Below, piece after piece: positions 1-9,446 of a stretch of DNA of 64,000 nucleotides. The notes under the pieces were generated by a model, which was not told where the DNA came from, did not search any database, and saw only the letters and a list, made by a program, of their open reading frames with translations. The first letter of the stretch is position 1. Every line of letters starts with the position of its first letter. The translations under genes and the position numbers were made by a program. Source of the DNA: Marispirochaeta sp. GTDB taxonomy: Bacteria > Spirochaetota > Spirochaetia > JC444 > Marispirochaetaceae. The stretch is from contig CAXXFF010000002.1 of assembly GCA_963676835.2 (NCBI GenBank), positions 480,001-544,000 on the forward strand, written 5' to 3'.

Positions 1-390
1 AGAAAGAAAGGACAATACTCCACACAGTCCGCACACATGCCCAGGCACCATCAATTTGTTGAATCATGGTCGGCGGAGAAGTTTACCACCTGGGCTGAGT
101 CGATTGGAGAAGAGACGTTCCTGGTGATTTCACATCTATTAAACAGCAAGCCACATGAGCAGCAGGCGTACAAATCCTGCCTTGGTGTGCTGAACCTGGC
201 AAAGGATGCCGGATCACACCGGCTGAACTGGGCCTGCCGACGTGCGTTGAACTACTCGAGAATCAGTTATCGGGATGTTCGTGCATATCTGGATGAAATC
301 ATGCGACAAGAAAAGGATGAACAGCAGAACAAACAGGTGTTTCTCTTCGCCGATCACAAGAACCTGCGGGATTCTGCAATCTACAAATGA
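1..390 (+). CDS. istA: IS21-family transposase, C-terminal part (5' truncated by window)
   Basis: HMPRHHQ..W..E....WA..IG and EQQAYKSCLGVLNLAK..G..RLN.AC.RAL, typical IstA C-terminus; directly upstream of istB. Confidence 0.88.
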   Translation, partial: RKKGQYSTQSAHMPRHHQFVESWSAEKFTTWAESIGEETFLVISHLLNSKPHEQQAYKSCLGVLNLAKDAGSHRLNWACRRALNYSRISYRDVRAYLDEIMRQEKDEQQNKQVFLFADHKNLRDSAIYK

Positions 391-398
391 GGTAACCG

Positions 399-1139
399 AT
401 GAATAATAATCAGGCGACAATCAACAAGATGACCGAGATGCGTCTCCACGGAATGGTACAGGCCTTCCGTACACTGCAGGAGACCGGACGCCATATGGAT
501 CTTACGACCGATGAGGTTATCAGCTACCTTGTCGACTCAGAATGGGATGAGAAACACAATCGCCGACTGGCGCGCCTTGCCAATGCGGCCCGTTTTCGCT
601 ATAAGGCAGCGATTGAAGATATCGACTATACCTTCGACCGGAATCTGGACAAAAACCAGATCTTAAGACTTGCAGCCTGCTCCTGGATATCCCGGGGGCA
701 GGACCTGCTCATCACGGGTCCGACCGGAGGAGGAAAAAGTTTTCTTGGATCGGCTTTCGGACATCAGGCATGTCAGTATGGGTATACCGTCGCTTACTTT
801 TCCACAACGCGTTTATTCAATGAAATAGCGGCGGCAAGGGATGATGGAACCTACCTGAAGCACTTGTCACGCATAATGAAAAACAAGCTGGTCATTATCG
901 ATGACTTCGGTCTGGAACCGCTGGAGCATACTGCACGGATGGCATTTCTTGAAATCCTTGAAGATCGACACCGGAGAAAATCTACGATAGTGATCGCCCA
1001 ACAGCCGGTAGAAAACTGGCACAGCATTATCGGTGACCCCACGATTGCCGATGCCATAATGGACCGTCTTGCCTTTCATTCTCATAGAATTGTAATAACC
1101 GGGGACTCGGTAAGGAGGAAACTCTATGCTGTAGATTGA
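399..1139 (+). CDS. istB: IS21-like element helper ATPase
   Basis: MRLHGM N-terminus, Walker A GPTGGGKS, Walker B VIIDDFG, ADAIMDRL motif. Confidence 0.95.
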   Translation: MNNNQATINKMTEMRLHGMVQAFRTLQETGRHMDLTTDEVISYLVDSEWDEKHNRRLARLANAARFRYKAAIEDIDYTFDRNLDKNQILRLAACSWISRGQDLLITGPTGGGKSFLGSAFGHQACQYGYTVAYFSTTRLFNEIAAARDDGTYLKHLSRIMKNKLVIIDDFGLEPLEHTARMAFLEILEDRHRRKSTIVIAQQPVENWHSIIGDPTIADAIMDRLAFHSHRIVITGDSVRRKLYAVD

Positions 1140-1239
1140 CGCAAAACGGACACCTGATCATACTGAAGACGAGGATTTACTTCCTTCAGGCAGCTGTCCG
1201 TTTTCCGCCGGAATCACTGTCCGAAATCATCGGAATACA

Positions 1240-1509
1240 CATATACTCATCCATTTCGTTGGCAACCCGGCGGTACTCCACTCCCCAGGGGGTCATAAAC
1301 TGCTGGTCCGGTGAGACGTTCCGGTTGGTTTCAAATCCTACCGCGGTTTTTACAATATCATTACCCAGGGCAATGCCTACGTCGTCTTCCTTGTCCCCGT
1401 ATTTTTCTTCCAGCTGCTTTGCAACCTTGGCAACAAATCCGGCATACATGGGAACCCGGTCCGGTTCTTCATGGGCAACAGCAGTTTTTACTCGTTCTTT
1501 AGAAGTCAT
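1240..1509 (-). pseudogene. 5' fragment of uroporphyrinogen-decarboxylase/methyltransferase-family gene, interrupted by IS21
   Basis: MTSKERVKTAVAHEEPDRVP is the typical UroD/MtaA-family N-terminus, followed by TPWGVEY. The frame runs into the IS end at 1239 and stops shortly after. Confidence 0.85.
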
Positions 1510-1529
1510 TATCACACCCTTCATAAACA

Positions 1530-1571
1530 ATCCTATCATCTGATGATAGGATGGATATAAAGATCTGTCAA
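1530..1571 (-). promoter_or_regulatory. sigma70 promoter with overlapping FadR/GntR-type operator for the UroD-family gene
   Basis: TTGACA(1571-1566)-N17-TATCAT(1548-1543). A perfect palindrome ATCCTATCATC-T-GATGATAGGAT (1530-1552) covers the -10. Confidence 0.7.
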
Positions 1572-1780
1572 GATTTTTGAGCAAATGAACCCTGCTTTAA
1601 AGAGCACAAAGGATCCTGAGGAGTAAGTTCCTGCCTATTTTTTATCTCAATAATTAAAATAAAAGAATATTTATCAAATATCCTGTCACATGAAGCATGT
1701 GAGCACTTTTTTGGTTTCTACAATTGATTGCTACCTTTTCCTGGTATGTTGCAATAACTTGAAAATGCTGGTTATTTTAA

Positions 1781-1832
1781 AATTTTGCATTATGCGAAAT
1801 TACTTGAATATTTTTTCGCAGAATGCTAATTT
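1781..1832 (+). promoter_or_regulatory. higBA promoter with two candidate antitoxin operators
   Basis: TTGAAT(1804-1809)-N17-TAATTT(1827-1832) with TG extension. Near-palindrome AATTTTGCATTATGCGAAATT at 1781-1801 and a related copy at about 1812-1832. Confidence 0.6.
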
Positions 1833-1878
1833 TATATGTGCAACATTCACCTGAAGGAATATATATCCGTGAGGTGTC

Positions 1879-2169
1879 ATGAATATCATCACAAAAAAAC
1901 GTGTTCATCTGTTCATGCAGGAATATCCTGACGAAGCAGAGCAGCTGGAGGTATGGTTGAAGATTATCGGATCAGTAAATTTTAAGCATTTACCGGACCT
2001 TCGGTCTGTCTTTCCTACTGCAGATCTAGTTGGTCAAGATAAAGATCTCTGCTGCTTTAATATCAAAGGGAATAAATATCGTCTTATTGTGCGGATGTCT
2101 TTTCCAAAAACTGTGTTTATTAAGGATTTTCTGCCTCATGATGAATATGACAAAAAATACCCTTATTGA
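1879..2169 (+). CDS. higB: type II toxin HigB (RelE-superfamily mRNA interferase)
   Basis: MNIITKK..., DLRSVFPTADLVG, FNIKGNKYRLIV, FLPHDEYDK; toxin-first gene order. Confidence 0.9.
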   Translation: MNIITKKRVHLFMQEYPDEAEQLEVWLKIIGSVNFKHLPDLRSVFPTADLVGQDKDLCCFNIKGNKYRLIVRMSFPKTVFIKDFLPHDEYDKKYPY

Positions 2170-2184
2170 CCAACAAAAATCCCA

Positions 2185-2595
2185 ATGGAGGTTTCAACTT
2201 TGATAACTGCACCAGATTTCCAGAAAGCCATGCAGGCATCAATTATCATGCAGAGTTTTACCATTAACAATGAAGAAGACCTCGAACGGCTTGCCGAATA
2301 TGCAGAAGAGCTGGACTCTAAAATCCGAGAGGGAGAGACCCAGATTCAGGCCTTATGCGACTATATCATCGAAAAAATTACCCGATACGAAGAGGAGCAG
2401 AAGACAGGCAATGTAACAGGAGTTGCCCTGCTGAGATTTCTTATGGACCAGCACAACCACAAGTTAAAAGACCTGACAGACGTGGCCCCCATGTCGGTTA
2501 TCAGCGAAATACTAAATGGAAGAAGGGAGCTGAATAAAGGGCAGATCAGGCGGCTGGCAGAAAAGTATAATGTCTCACCAGCCCTGTTTTTTTAA
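2185..2595 (+). CDS. higA: HigA antitoxin, Cro/C1-type HTH
   Basis: I..YE, LLRFLMDQHN, SVISEILNGRRELNKGQIRRLAEKYNVSPALF; downstream of higB. Confidence 0.88.
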   Translation: MEVSTLITAPDFQKAMQASIIMQSFTINNEEDLERLAEYAEELDSKIREGETQIQALCDYIIEKITRYEEEQKTGNVTGVALLRFLMDQHNHKLKDLTDVAPMSVISEILNGRRELNKGQIRRLAEKYNVSPALFF

Positions 2596-2597
2596 GA

Positions 2598-2630
2598 CTA
2601 CCTCTTCCGGGAAAAACCGGGAAGAGGTAG
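2598..2630. terminator. hairpin between convergent higA and TAXI permease genes
   Basis: CTACCTCTTCC...GGAAGAGGTAG inverted repeat. Confidence 0.6.
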
Positions 2631-2650
2631 ATCTGCAACAGAACAGGGAA

Positions 2651-4687
2651 CTAAACAGCTTCTTTCATACTCATTTTCTGCATCAGGTAGACGGCACCAT
2701 AGACAACAAATCCTGCAATATACAGCAGGAAGCGCATATCATGAGCTACACCGATAAGTCCCGCAAAGAAACCGGGATTAAAGAAAATAAACGAGGCCAA
2801 AAGCAGCAGAATAAGCTCGTACCAGCGGTTTTTACGCAGGTACCAGCCCTGTACCGCATTGGTAAAGGCAAACGCACCGAAGACGGCAGTTACAAAAATC
2901 ACCATGGAGGGCAGCCAGCCGTTTATTCCCACCAGGACAAGATCCGGGTTGAATACAAACATAAAGGGAATTACCGCTGTTCTGAGGTCGTAGATAAATC
3001 CCTGAATACCCGTCTGAATGGCATCCGCCTCGGCTATGGCCGCGGCGGTATAAGCAGCAAGTCCAACCGGTGGAGTATCGTCGGCAAGAATACCGAAGTA
3101 GAAGCAGAACAGGTGAGCCGCAATGGCGGGAATAATAATTCCCATGCCGCCGCCGAGCTGAATAATAATCGGCACAGTAATGGAGGCCATTACAATATAG
3201 GTTGCGGTAGTCGGCAGCCCCATACCTATTACAAGACTTGCAACTGCAGTAATAAACAGCAGCAGGAATATATTACCCATGGAGAGAAACTCAACCACCT
3301 GTACAATCATGCTGCCGATTCCCATGTTTACAATACCCACAACAATTCCGGCAGTAGCGGTTGCAAGGGCAACGGTAAGCATGTTGCGGGAACCTTCAAT
3401 CAGCCCTTTTCCCACCAGCTGGATAACATCTTTTACGGCTTTTACAACTGAAGTCCTGGCTTTAAGCGCCAGATACATCGAGCGGATAAGATGAACCAGA
3501 ATCAGCACAATTATGGCATTGAAGGCGGACAGCTTGGGGCTGTGGCGCATAACCATCAGTTCATAGATGAGGATTGTCAGAGGAATAAGGTTGTGGAATC
3601 CCTTTTTCAGTACATCCATGAAATTTGGACATTCCTCTTTCGGCAGCCCCTGCATACCCAGTTTAGACGCTTCCAGATGGGTAATGTAGAAGAGGGCAAA
3701 ATAGGAGACAAAAGCGGGTATTGCCGCCGCCCGGATTACATCCATATAGGGAAGGCTCAGGTATTCAGCAATTATAAAGGCCGCCGCTCCCATAATAGGC
3801 GGCATGAGCTGTCCATTGGTACTGGCTGCAACCTCTGTCGCAGCCGCCATCTTGGCCGGGTACCCCACCTTTTTCATAAGCGGAATGGTAAAGGTTCCGG
3901 TGGTAACCACATTGGCAATACTGGAACCGGACACAAGACCGGTGAGCCCGGAGGAGACTACCGAAGCCTTTGCCGGACCGCCCTTGTAGCGCCCAAGTAC
4001 AGAAATGGCAAGATCATTGAAAAAATAACCTGCTCCGGTACGGTTCAAGAGAGACCCTAAAAGAACGAAGAGAAAAACCGTGTTGGCCGAAACATCCAGA
4101 GGAATGCCATAGATCCCTTCCGTGGAGAGCACTATCTGACTCAGGTATTTGGTAAGGGAGACTCCCCGGAACGCAATAAAATGGGGCAGATGGGGCCCGA
4201 GGAAAGCATAGATTGAAAAGCCTACCGCAATAATCCCCAGGGGAAGGCCGATAACCCGCCGGGATGCTTCGAGCACAAGTAAAATGGTAAAAATGCCGAA
4301 TACCATATCACGGCCGGTCGGTCTGCCGGCTCTCGATGCGATTCCCTCATAGTCGATAACCATATAGAGAACTGCACCGACTGCAGCAATGGCAAGAACA
4401 AAGTCGATCAGGGGTATGCGGTCAACGGCATGAAAAAACCTGATTGGCCGCTCATGCTTGGCGATCGGATACCCCAGATAGACCAGTGCAACCGCAAAAG
4501 CCAGATGGACGGCACGAACGGTTACACTGTCGAGAACAACAAAACGGGGCAGGGCCAGCTGAAAAAGAGCCCATAGGACTGCCAGGGAACTGAACAGAAT
4601 TCTGTCCAGGGCCCGTTTATCCCGGATAAGCCCCAGTTCTTCCTGAAGCAGCTCCCGGGCTGTCTCGTTTTCCCACTCTTTGGACAT
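2651..4687 (-). CDS. TAXI-type TRAP transporter fused permease (4TM/12TM)
   Basis: GGPAKA, VSGSSIANVVTTGTFTIPLMKK, GQLMPPIMGAAAF, GMGLPT, ADDTPPVGLAAY. Confidence 0.93.
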   Translation of the reverse strand: MSKEWENETARELLQEELGLIRDKRALDRILFSSLAVLWALFQLALPRFVVLDSVTVRAVHLAFAVALVYLGYPIAKHERPIRFFHAVDRIPLIDFVLAIAAVGAVLYMVIDYEGIASRAGRPTGRDMVFGIFTILLVLEASRRVIGLPLGIIAVGFSIYAFLGPHLPHFIAFRGVSLTKYLSQIVLSTEGIYGIPLDVSANTVFLFVLLGSLLNRTGAGYFFNDLAISVLGRYKGGPAKASVVSSGLTGLVSGSSIANVVTTGTFTIPLMKKVGYPAKMAAATEVAASTNGQLMPPIMGAAAFIIAEYLSLPYMDVIRAAAIPAFVSYFALFYITHLEASKLGMQGLPKEECPNFMDVLKKGFHNLIPLTILIYELMVMRHSPKLSAFNAIIVLILVHLIRSMYLALKARTSVVKAVKDVIQLVGKGLIEGSRNMLTVALATATAGIVVGIVNMGIGSMIVQVVEFLSMGNIFLLLFITAVASLVIGMGLPTTATYIVMASITVPIIIQLGGGMGIIIPAIAAHLFCFYFGILADDTPPVGLAAYTAAAIAEADAIQTGIQGFIYDLRTAVIPFMFVFNPDLVLVGINGWLPSMVIFVTAVFGAFAFTNAVQGWYLRKNRWYELILLLLASFIFFNPGFFAGLIGVAHDMRFLLYIAGFVVYGAVYLMQKMSMKEAV

Positions 4688-4720
4688 GAAATACTCCTTA
4701 TTACAGGGGGTAAAAATAAG

Positions 4721-4744
4721 CTCAGGCCGCTTTTGCGGCCTGAG
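4721..4744 (-). terminator. stem-loop after TAXI binding-protein gene
   Basis: CTCAGGCCGC-TTTT-GCGGCCTGAG. Confidence 0.65.
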
Positions 4745-4808
4745 ACAATATGAGTACGTTAAAAAGGTTGTAAAACCCGATTATACAAAATCAGGGCACC
4801 TCTAAAAG

Positions 4809-5810
4809 CTACTGAATCAGTGCCGGGTTAATGTACTCAACAAGTCCTGCTTCTTCGTAGTATTTCAGAGCACCTGCATGGATAGGTGCGGAAAGACCTT
4901 TAAGCATGCTCTCTTTTGTCAGAACCTGGTAGGCTGGATGCAGTTTTTTGAAGTCATCAAAGTTCTCGAAAACTTCCTTGGTAATTGCATATACAACATC
5001 GTCGGATACAGATGCGGAGGTTACCAGGGTGGCTTTAACACCAACAGTGGTGGGATCGGAGGTATTGGCAGCCATGGGGTACTCTTTCTGGGGAATCTGA
5101 GCCTCTGCATAGTAGGAGTACTTGTCGGTAAGCGCCTTGAGCACAGCGCCGTCGATATTAACAATCTTTACCTTTACGCGTCCGGCGGTAGCTTCCTTGA
5201 TATTTCCATTGGGATGACCAACGGTATAGAAGAATGCATCGATCCGTCCGTCGTTCAGAAGACCGGGAGCTTCCACGGCTTTTACATTTTCCGCCTGCAC
5301 ATCGGCTTCGCTCAAGCCTGCCGCGGCAAGAACATCCAGTGCGTTCTGCAGGTTACCGGAGCCGGCGTTTCCAAGGTTAACCCGCTTGCCTTTAAGATCG
5401 GCAACGGAGTTGATTCCGGACTCAACACTGGCAACCAGGGTTACCGATTCGGGGTGGATTGAGAAAACCGCCCGCAGGTCCGCCTGCTTGCCGGCCTCTT
5501 CCCATTCAGCCATGCCGTTTACCGCCTGGTATTGACGGTCAGACTGGGCAATACCAAAATCAAGGTCCCCTGTAAGGACTGCATTAATGTTGTATACCGA
5601 CCCGCCGGTTGATTCTACGGTTGCTTTTACTCCATATTCCTCATATTTAGCGTTTACCATGCGGCTTATTGCACCGCCGGTGGGATAGTAGACCCCAGTA
5701 ACACCACCAGTCCCTATTGTAACGAACTTATTTTTCCCTTGACCGCCTGAGCATGCAAAAAACGAAAAGAGAACTGCCGTCAGCAGTACCAGTACACCGA
5801 TTTTCTTCAT
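4809..5810 (-). CDS. TAXI-family TRAP solute-binding lipoprotein
   Basis: lipobox FFAC; IGTGGVTGVYYPTGGAI, STGGSVYN, PIHAGALKYY. Confidence 0.93.
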   Translation of the reverse strand: MKKIGVLVLLTAVLFSFFACSGGQGKNKFVTIGTGGVTGVYYPTGGAISRMVNAKYEEYGVKATVESTGGSVYNINAVLTGDLDFGIAQSDRQYQAVNGMAEWEEAGKQADLRAVFSIHPESVTLVASVESGINSVADLKGKRVNLGNAGSGNLQNALDVLAAAGLSEADVQAENVKAVEAPGLLNDGRIDAFFYTVGHPNGNIKEATAGRVKVKIVNIDGAVLKALTDKYSYYAEAQIPQKEYPMAANTSDPTTVGVKATLVTSASVSDDVVYAITKEVFENFDDFKKLHPAYQVLTKESMLKGLSAPIHAGALKYYEEAGLVEYINPALIQ

Positions 5811-5995
5811 CTGTTTCTCCTGTGAATTTGTTAATGTGCTACTAAATTACTTGGTTATTACAGATATTGCAAGTTATTTCATTATTTTTAATATAATGGC
5901 ACAATATTCGGCCGCCAGCCGACAAATTCACAATTAAATAGACCTTTCATATTCTCTTACTTGACCTGACTCCAGCCATTAGGTAGGTTCTCTCT

Positions 5996-6841
5996 ATGAT
6001 GCAGCAGTTTTTATCGTATACATACTATCTTCTTCTCGGCGTACTTATATTCAACCTAACCCAGCGTAAACATCAGGATCATGGCGAGAAAAAACGTCTT
6101 GCCAGCCTTTTTACCGCCGGCGGAATACTTCTATTTCTGACGACCATGCAGACAGTCATCCATTTTCAACTGATTCCCTGGGGATATGCTGCCGCAACAG
6201 CAGTTACAGCCCTTTATTACTGGCTGCTTAGAAAAAAAATTGCCCTTTTCAGGCTTAACTGCCCGGAATGCGGCAGCCGCTACTCCTGGAACAGTATCTT
6301 CTACTACGATAACCCCACTTGCGCTTGCACAACGGAAGTTCCTGAAGTGCCCGCAAGTGTTGACGATGTTGACTGGGACACCTGGAAAGCCAAAGAGGAG
6401 GCAGTTCTCTGTTTTATTGTAAAAGAGGGTCAGGTTCTGCTTATCAACAAGAAAACCGGCCTTGGTGCGGGTAAGGTAAGCGCCCCCGGAGGCCGGGTGG
6501 AACCGGGAGAAACTCCCGAAGAGGCAGCCATCCGGGAAACCATTGAAGAAACCGGGCTGACTCCGTCAAACCTGGAAGAGCGGACAGAGCTCTGCTTTAT
6601 CTTCGCCGACGGGTACTCCCTCCACGGCCGGGCATTCTTTGCCACCGACTGCAGCGGAGAAATGGTGGAAACCGATGAAGCCGATCCTTTCTGGTGCAGC
6701 GTTGAAGAAATCCCCTTTGATAAAATGTGGGCCGACGATCCCCTCTGGATACCCGGCGCCCTGGAGGGAGAAAAAAAGAAGGGCGTTTTCATTTTTGACG
6801 GGGATACCATGCTGAGTCACCGTTTTGAAAAGAAAAGCTGA
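5996..6841 (+). CDS. Nudix hydrolase (8-oxo-dGTPase/MTH1-like) with N-terminal membrane segments and Cys motif
   Basis: Nudix box GGRVEPGETPEEAAIRETIEETG; KKTGLGAGK and IPFDKMWADD..W are MTH1-like; about 3 hydrophobic segments and CPEC...CAC upstream. Confidence 0.8.
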   Translation: MMQQFLSYTYYLLLGVLIFNLTQRKHQDHGEKKRLASLFTAGGILLFLTTMQTVIHFQLIPWGYAAATAVTALYYWLLRKKIALFRLNCPECGSRYSWNSIFYYDNPTCACTTEVPEVPASVDDVDWDTWKAKEEAVLCFIVKEGQVLLINKKTGLGAGKVSAPGGRVEPGETPEEAAIRETIEETGLTPSNLEERTELCFIFADGYSLHGRAFFATDCSGEMVETDEADPFWCSVEEIPFDKMWADDPLWIPGALEGEKKKGVFIFDGDTMLSHRFEKKS

Positions 6842-6923
6842 CACCCCTGTGATTGCACTTGCATCCTAAAATGCATATCTTTGAATTATCGGAACCACAG
6901 GACAGAGATCAAATGGGGAGTAC

Positions 6924-7499
6924 ATGTTAGTAGAGGCAGAAATCTGGACAATTGCGAGAACAGATCAGGGCAACGCAGTCCTTGTTCGACCCACCGGCAG
7001 TGAATCAGCTGTTCCCATCTTTATAGGACAGCTTGAAGCTCAATCGATTCTTATCGGCCTCGGGAATGTGCCCATGCCCCGGCCCTTGACCCACGATCTT
7101 TTTCTCAATCTCCTGGCCACCCTGAACATCCAGCTGCAGAGAATTGAGATCACCGGCCTGAAAGAGGGGACTTTTTACGCCCAGATTATTCTCAAACCCG
7201 CATCCGGCGACGAAATGATCATCGACGCCAGGCCTTCCGATTCAATCGGAATAGCTGTCAGGGCAAAGTGTCCGGTTTTTATCGATGAAGCAATTGTGGA
7301 AGAGGCAGGAATTTCCGTCTCATCAGTAGGCGCCGGTGGCGAAGAGATAACAGCCAATCCCTACGAAACAGAGAAAAAGCGGCTGGAAGAAGAGCTGAAC
7401 AGGGCAGTTGAAGATGAAAATTATGAGGAAGCAGCCCGGCTCCGGGACAAGCTTCAGAAACTGACAGAGACCTTTCCCCAGGCAGACGAAGAAGAATAG
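6924..7499 (+). CDS. bifunctional nuclease (DUF151) with C-terminal UVR domain
   Basis: PIFIG, RPLTHDL, DARPSDSI; AVEDENYEEAARLRD. Confidence 0.9.
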   Translation: MLVEAEIWTIARTDQGNAVLVRPTGSESAVPIFIGQLEAQSILIGLGNVPMPRPLTHDLFLNLLATLNIQLQRIEITGLKEGTFYAQIILKPASGDEMIIDARPSDSIGIAVRAKCPVFIDEAIVEEAGISVSSVGAGGEEITANPYETEKKRLEEELNRAVEDENYEEAARLRDKLQKLTETFPQADEEE

Positions 7500-7500
7500 T

Positions 7501-7995
7501 TCAGGCAGACTGCAGGAGAGTACCGCTGCAGCCCAGTACGCTGCGCAGGATTTCCCTCAGAATATGTCCCTCACATGAGAGCAGCCTCCGCCGTGCATCG
7601 GGATGAATCAGATAGCGGGACAGCCTGGCAAGAATTTCCAGGTAGACCGCCTGCATTGAGGGTGGGTTTGCTGCAATAAACATCAGATGAACCGGCTCTC
7701 CATCGTAGGAACCATAGGAGATACCCGGGGAAGAGACACCCAGAAACAGATAGACATCTGTCAGGGAAGAAACCTTTCCATGGGCAATAGCCACGCCATG
7801 ACCCAGCCCGGTGGAGCCTTCCTCTTCCCGATGGAGTACTGCTTCTTTAAGGCTGTGAAGCCGGTCAAGTGACTGAAGGAGGGTAATCTCCCTGAACATT
7901 TCACTGATTGCATCTGTCTTGCTGCTGCTGCAAAGTGGTTTAAGAATGGAAGAATGGGGTAAAAGATGATGAAACCCTGAAAGATAGGTGTTCAT
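7501..7995 (-). CDS. stand-alone PTS IIA (fructose/Ntr-type) protein
   Basis: REEEGSTGLGHGVAIAHG with phospho-His; DGEPVHLMF; start uncertain (7995 or upstream). Confidence 0.8.
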   Translation of the reverse strand: MNTYLSGFHHLLPHSSILKPLCSSSKTDAISEMFREITLLQSLDRLHSLKEAVLHREEEGSTGLGHGVAIAHGKVSSLTDVYLFLGVSSPGISYGSYDGEPVHLMFIAANPPSMQAVYLEILARLSRYLIHPDARRRLLSCEGHILREILRSVLGCSGTLLQSA

Positions 7996-8072
7996 ACTTT
8001 GATTATCGGTAGAAAAATTCTCTATACTTAGTTGAGACAAAAAGGGATATACTTATTTTTACAGGACTGAAG

Positions 8073-9116
8073 ATGAGCGGCATAGATATACATAGCTTGC
8101 AGCAGAAATACGAAAAGAAAATTTTCGACCTGACCCAGCTTTTGGAGATAAGCCGTAGCCTTGCTTCAACCCTCGAATTCCCGGCTCTTATAGACTCCAT
8201 TCTCTACACCTGCATGAGCCGGATGAAGGTTCTGAATGTCGGCCTGTTTTTGAAAGATCATCTTCATCAGAACGCACTGGAACTCTACCGCAACTACAAG
8301 GGCTATAATGTAGATCACCGCAAATCCTACTCCATTCCCCTGGACTCCGACTGTGCAAAGATGTTCCTCTCCATGGGCCGGGCCTGTACCATGACAGAAA
8401 TTCTCGAACGGGCCCATCCCGATTCTCCTCAGCTTGCCATGATGAGTGAGCTGATGCCCTCATTGATTGTACCCCTCAGACTGAAAGATGATCTGATGGG
8501 TATTCTGATTCTCGGAGAGGGTCCCGATATAGACACCTTTTCAGCAGATCAGATTGAATATATCCAGACAATCTGTCTGTTTGCGGCGGCGGCTGTACAC
8601 AATGCAATCCTCTACGAAATGGCCACCACCGATATGATGACCCAGCTTCGTCTGCGCAATTTTTTCCTCTCCTCAATGAACAAGATTTTTGAGCAGACAG
8701 TACGGGAACAGACGACCCTTTCTATTATTTTTATTGATATTGACCATTTCAAGCGGCTGAATGACACCTACGGGCATGCCTGCGGGGATTATATGCTGAC
8801 CCAGGTAGCCGCCGTACTGCACAGCAGCATACGGAAGATCGATATCGGCTGCCGTTACGGCGGGGATGAGTGTATTATTCTCCTCCCGGGAGCCGGAATG
8901 GAGATGGCTACTGCTGTAGCGGAAAGAATCCGACGCCGTATAGAAAGCGGTGATTTTAGCTATGAAGGGGAAAAGCTCAGTACAACCATATCTGCCGGTG
9001 TTGCCGAGCTGGATATAAACCGGGACTTCACCTCTGAATCACTGATAAAACGAGCCGACCATGCCCTGTACCGGGCCAAGGAAAAAGGGCGAAACCAGAC
9101 GGTTCAGGCAGATTAA
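8073..9116 (+). CDS. GAF + GGDEF diguanylate cyclase
   Basis: DIDHFKRLNDTYGHACGD, RKID I-site, RYGGDEC, ADHALYRAKEKGRN. Confidence 0.88.
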   Translation: MSGIDIHSLQQKYEKKIFDLTQLLEISRSLASTLEFPALIDSILYTCMSRMKVLNVGLFLKDHLHQNALELYRNYKGYNVDHRKSYSIPLDSDCAKMFLSMGRACTMTEILERAHPDSPQLAMMSELMPSLIVPLRLKDDLMGILILGEGPDIDTFSADQIEYIQTICLFAAAAVHNAILYEMATTDMMTQLRLRNFFLSSMNKIFEQTVREQTTLSIIFIDIDHFKRLNDTYGHACGDYMLTQVAAVLHSSIRKIDIGCRYGGDECIILLPGAGMEMATAVAERIRRRIESGDFSYEGEKLSTTISAGVAELDINRDFTSESLIKRADHALYRAKEKGRNQTVQAD

Positions 9117-9117
9117 T

Positions 9118-9411
9118 ATGGCAAGACTAACCGTTCTTCCCGAGGGAAAAATCTATCCCCTGAATGCCAGCGTATCCATCCTCAATACCCTGCTGAGAAA
9201 CGGTCATTCCATAATGCACCGCTGCGGAGGCAAGGCCCAGTGCGGCACCTGCAGGATAAAGATTGTAGAAGGGGCAAAAATGAACAGGCCCGGGCCTGCG
9301 GAAATTACCCGTCTGGGAGAAAATGTACTAAAAGAGGGATACCGCCTCGCATGCCAGAGCTATGCCTGGGGGGATCTCGTAATTGAGATAGCCCCCCCGG
9401 ATGGGATCTGA
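9118..9411 (+). CDS. [2Fe-2S] ferredoxin
   Basis: CGGKAQCGTC ... RLACQ; ATG at 9118 just after the upstream stop. Confidence 0.88.
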   Translation: MARLTVLPEGKIYPLNASVSILNTLLRNGHSIMHRCGGKAQCGTCRIKIVEGAKMNRPGPAEITRLGENVLKEGYRLACQSYAWGDLVIEIAPPDGI

Positions 9412-9446
9412 TTTTTACCTTTTTTTCAATTTACATCTTCCCGCTT

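Larger units (their letters stand above)
1..1239 (+). mobile_element. IS21-family insertion sequence, right part (left end outside window)
   Basis: istA 3' end followed by istB. The terminus reads TGTATTCCGATGATTTCGGACA on the minus strand, ending at 1239 (TG...CA end), with a sub-terminal repeated unit TGTCCG..CGGAAT at 1195-1216 and 1218-1239. Confidence 0.9.

Noticed and set aside
1136..1543. 135-aa ORF after istB
   Set aside because: Spans the IS end and lies antisense to the UroD-family fragment.
2570..4060. Long plus-strand ORFs (293 and 189 aa)
   Set aside because: Antisense shadows of the TAXI permease, with no motifs or RBS.
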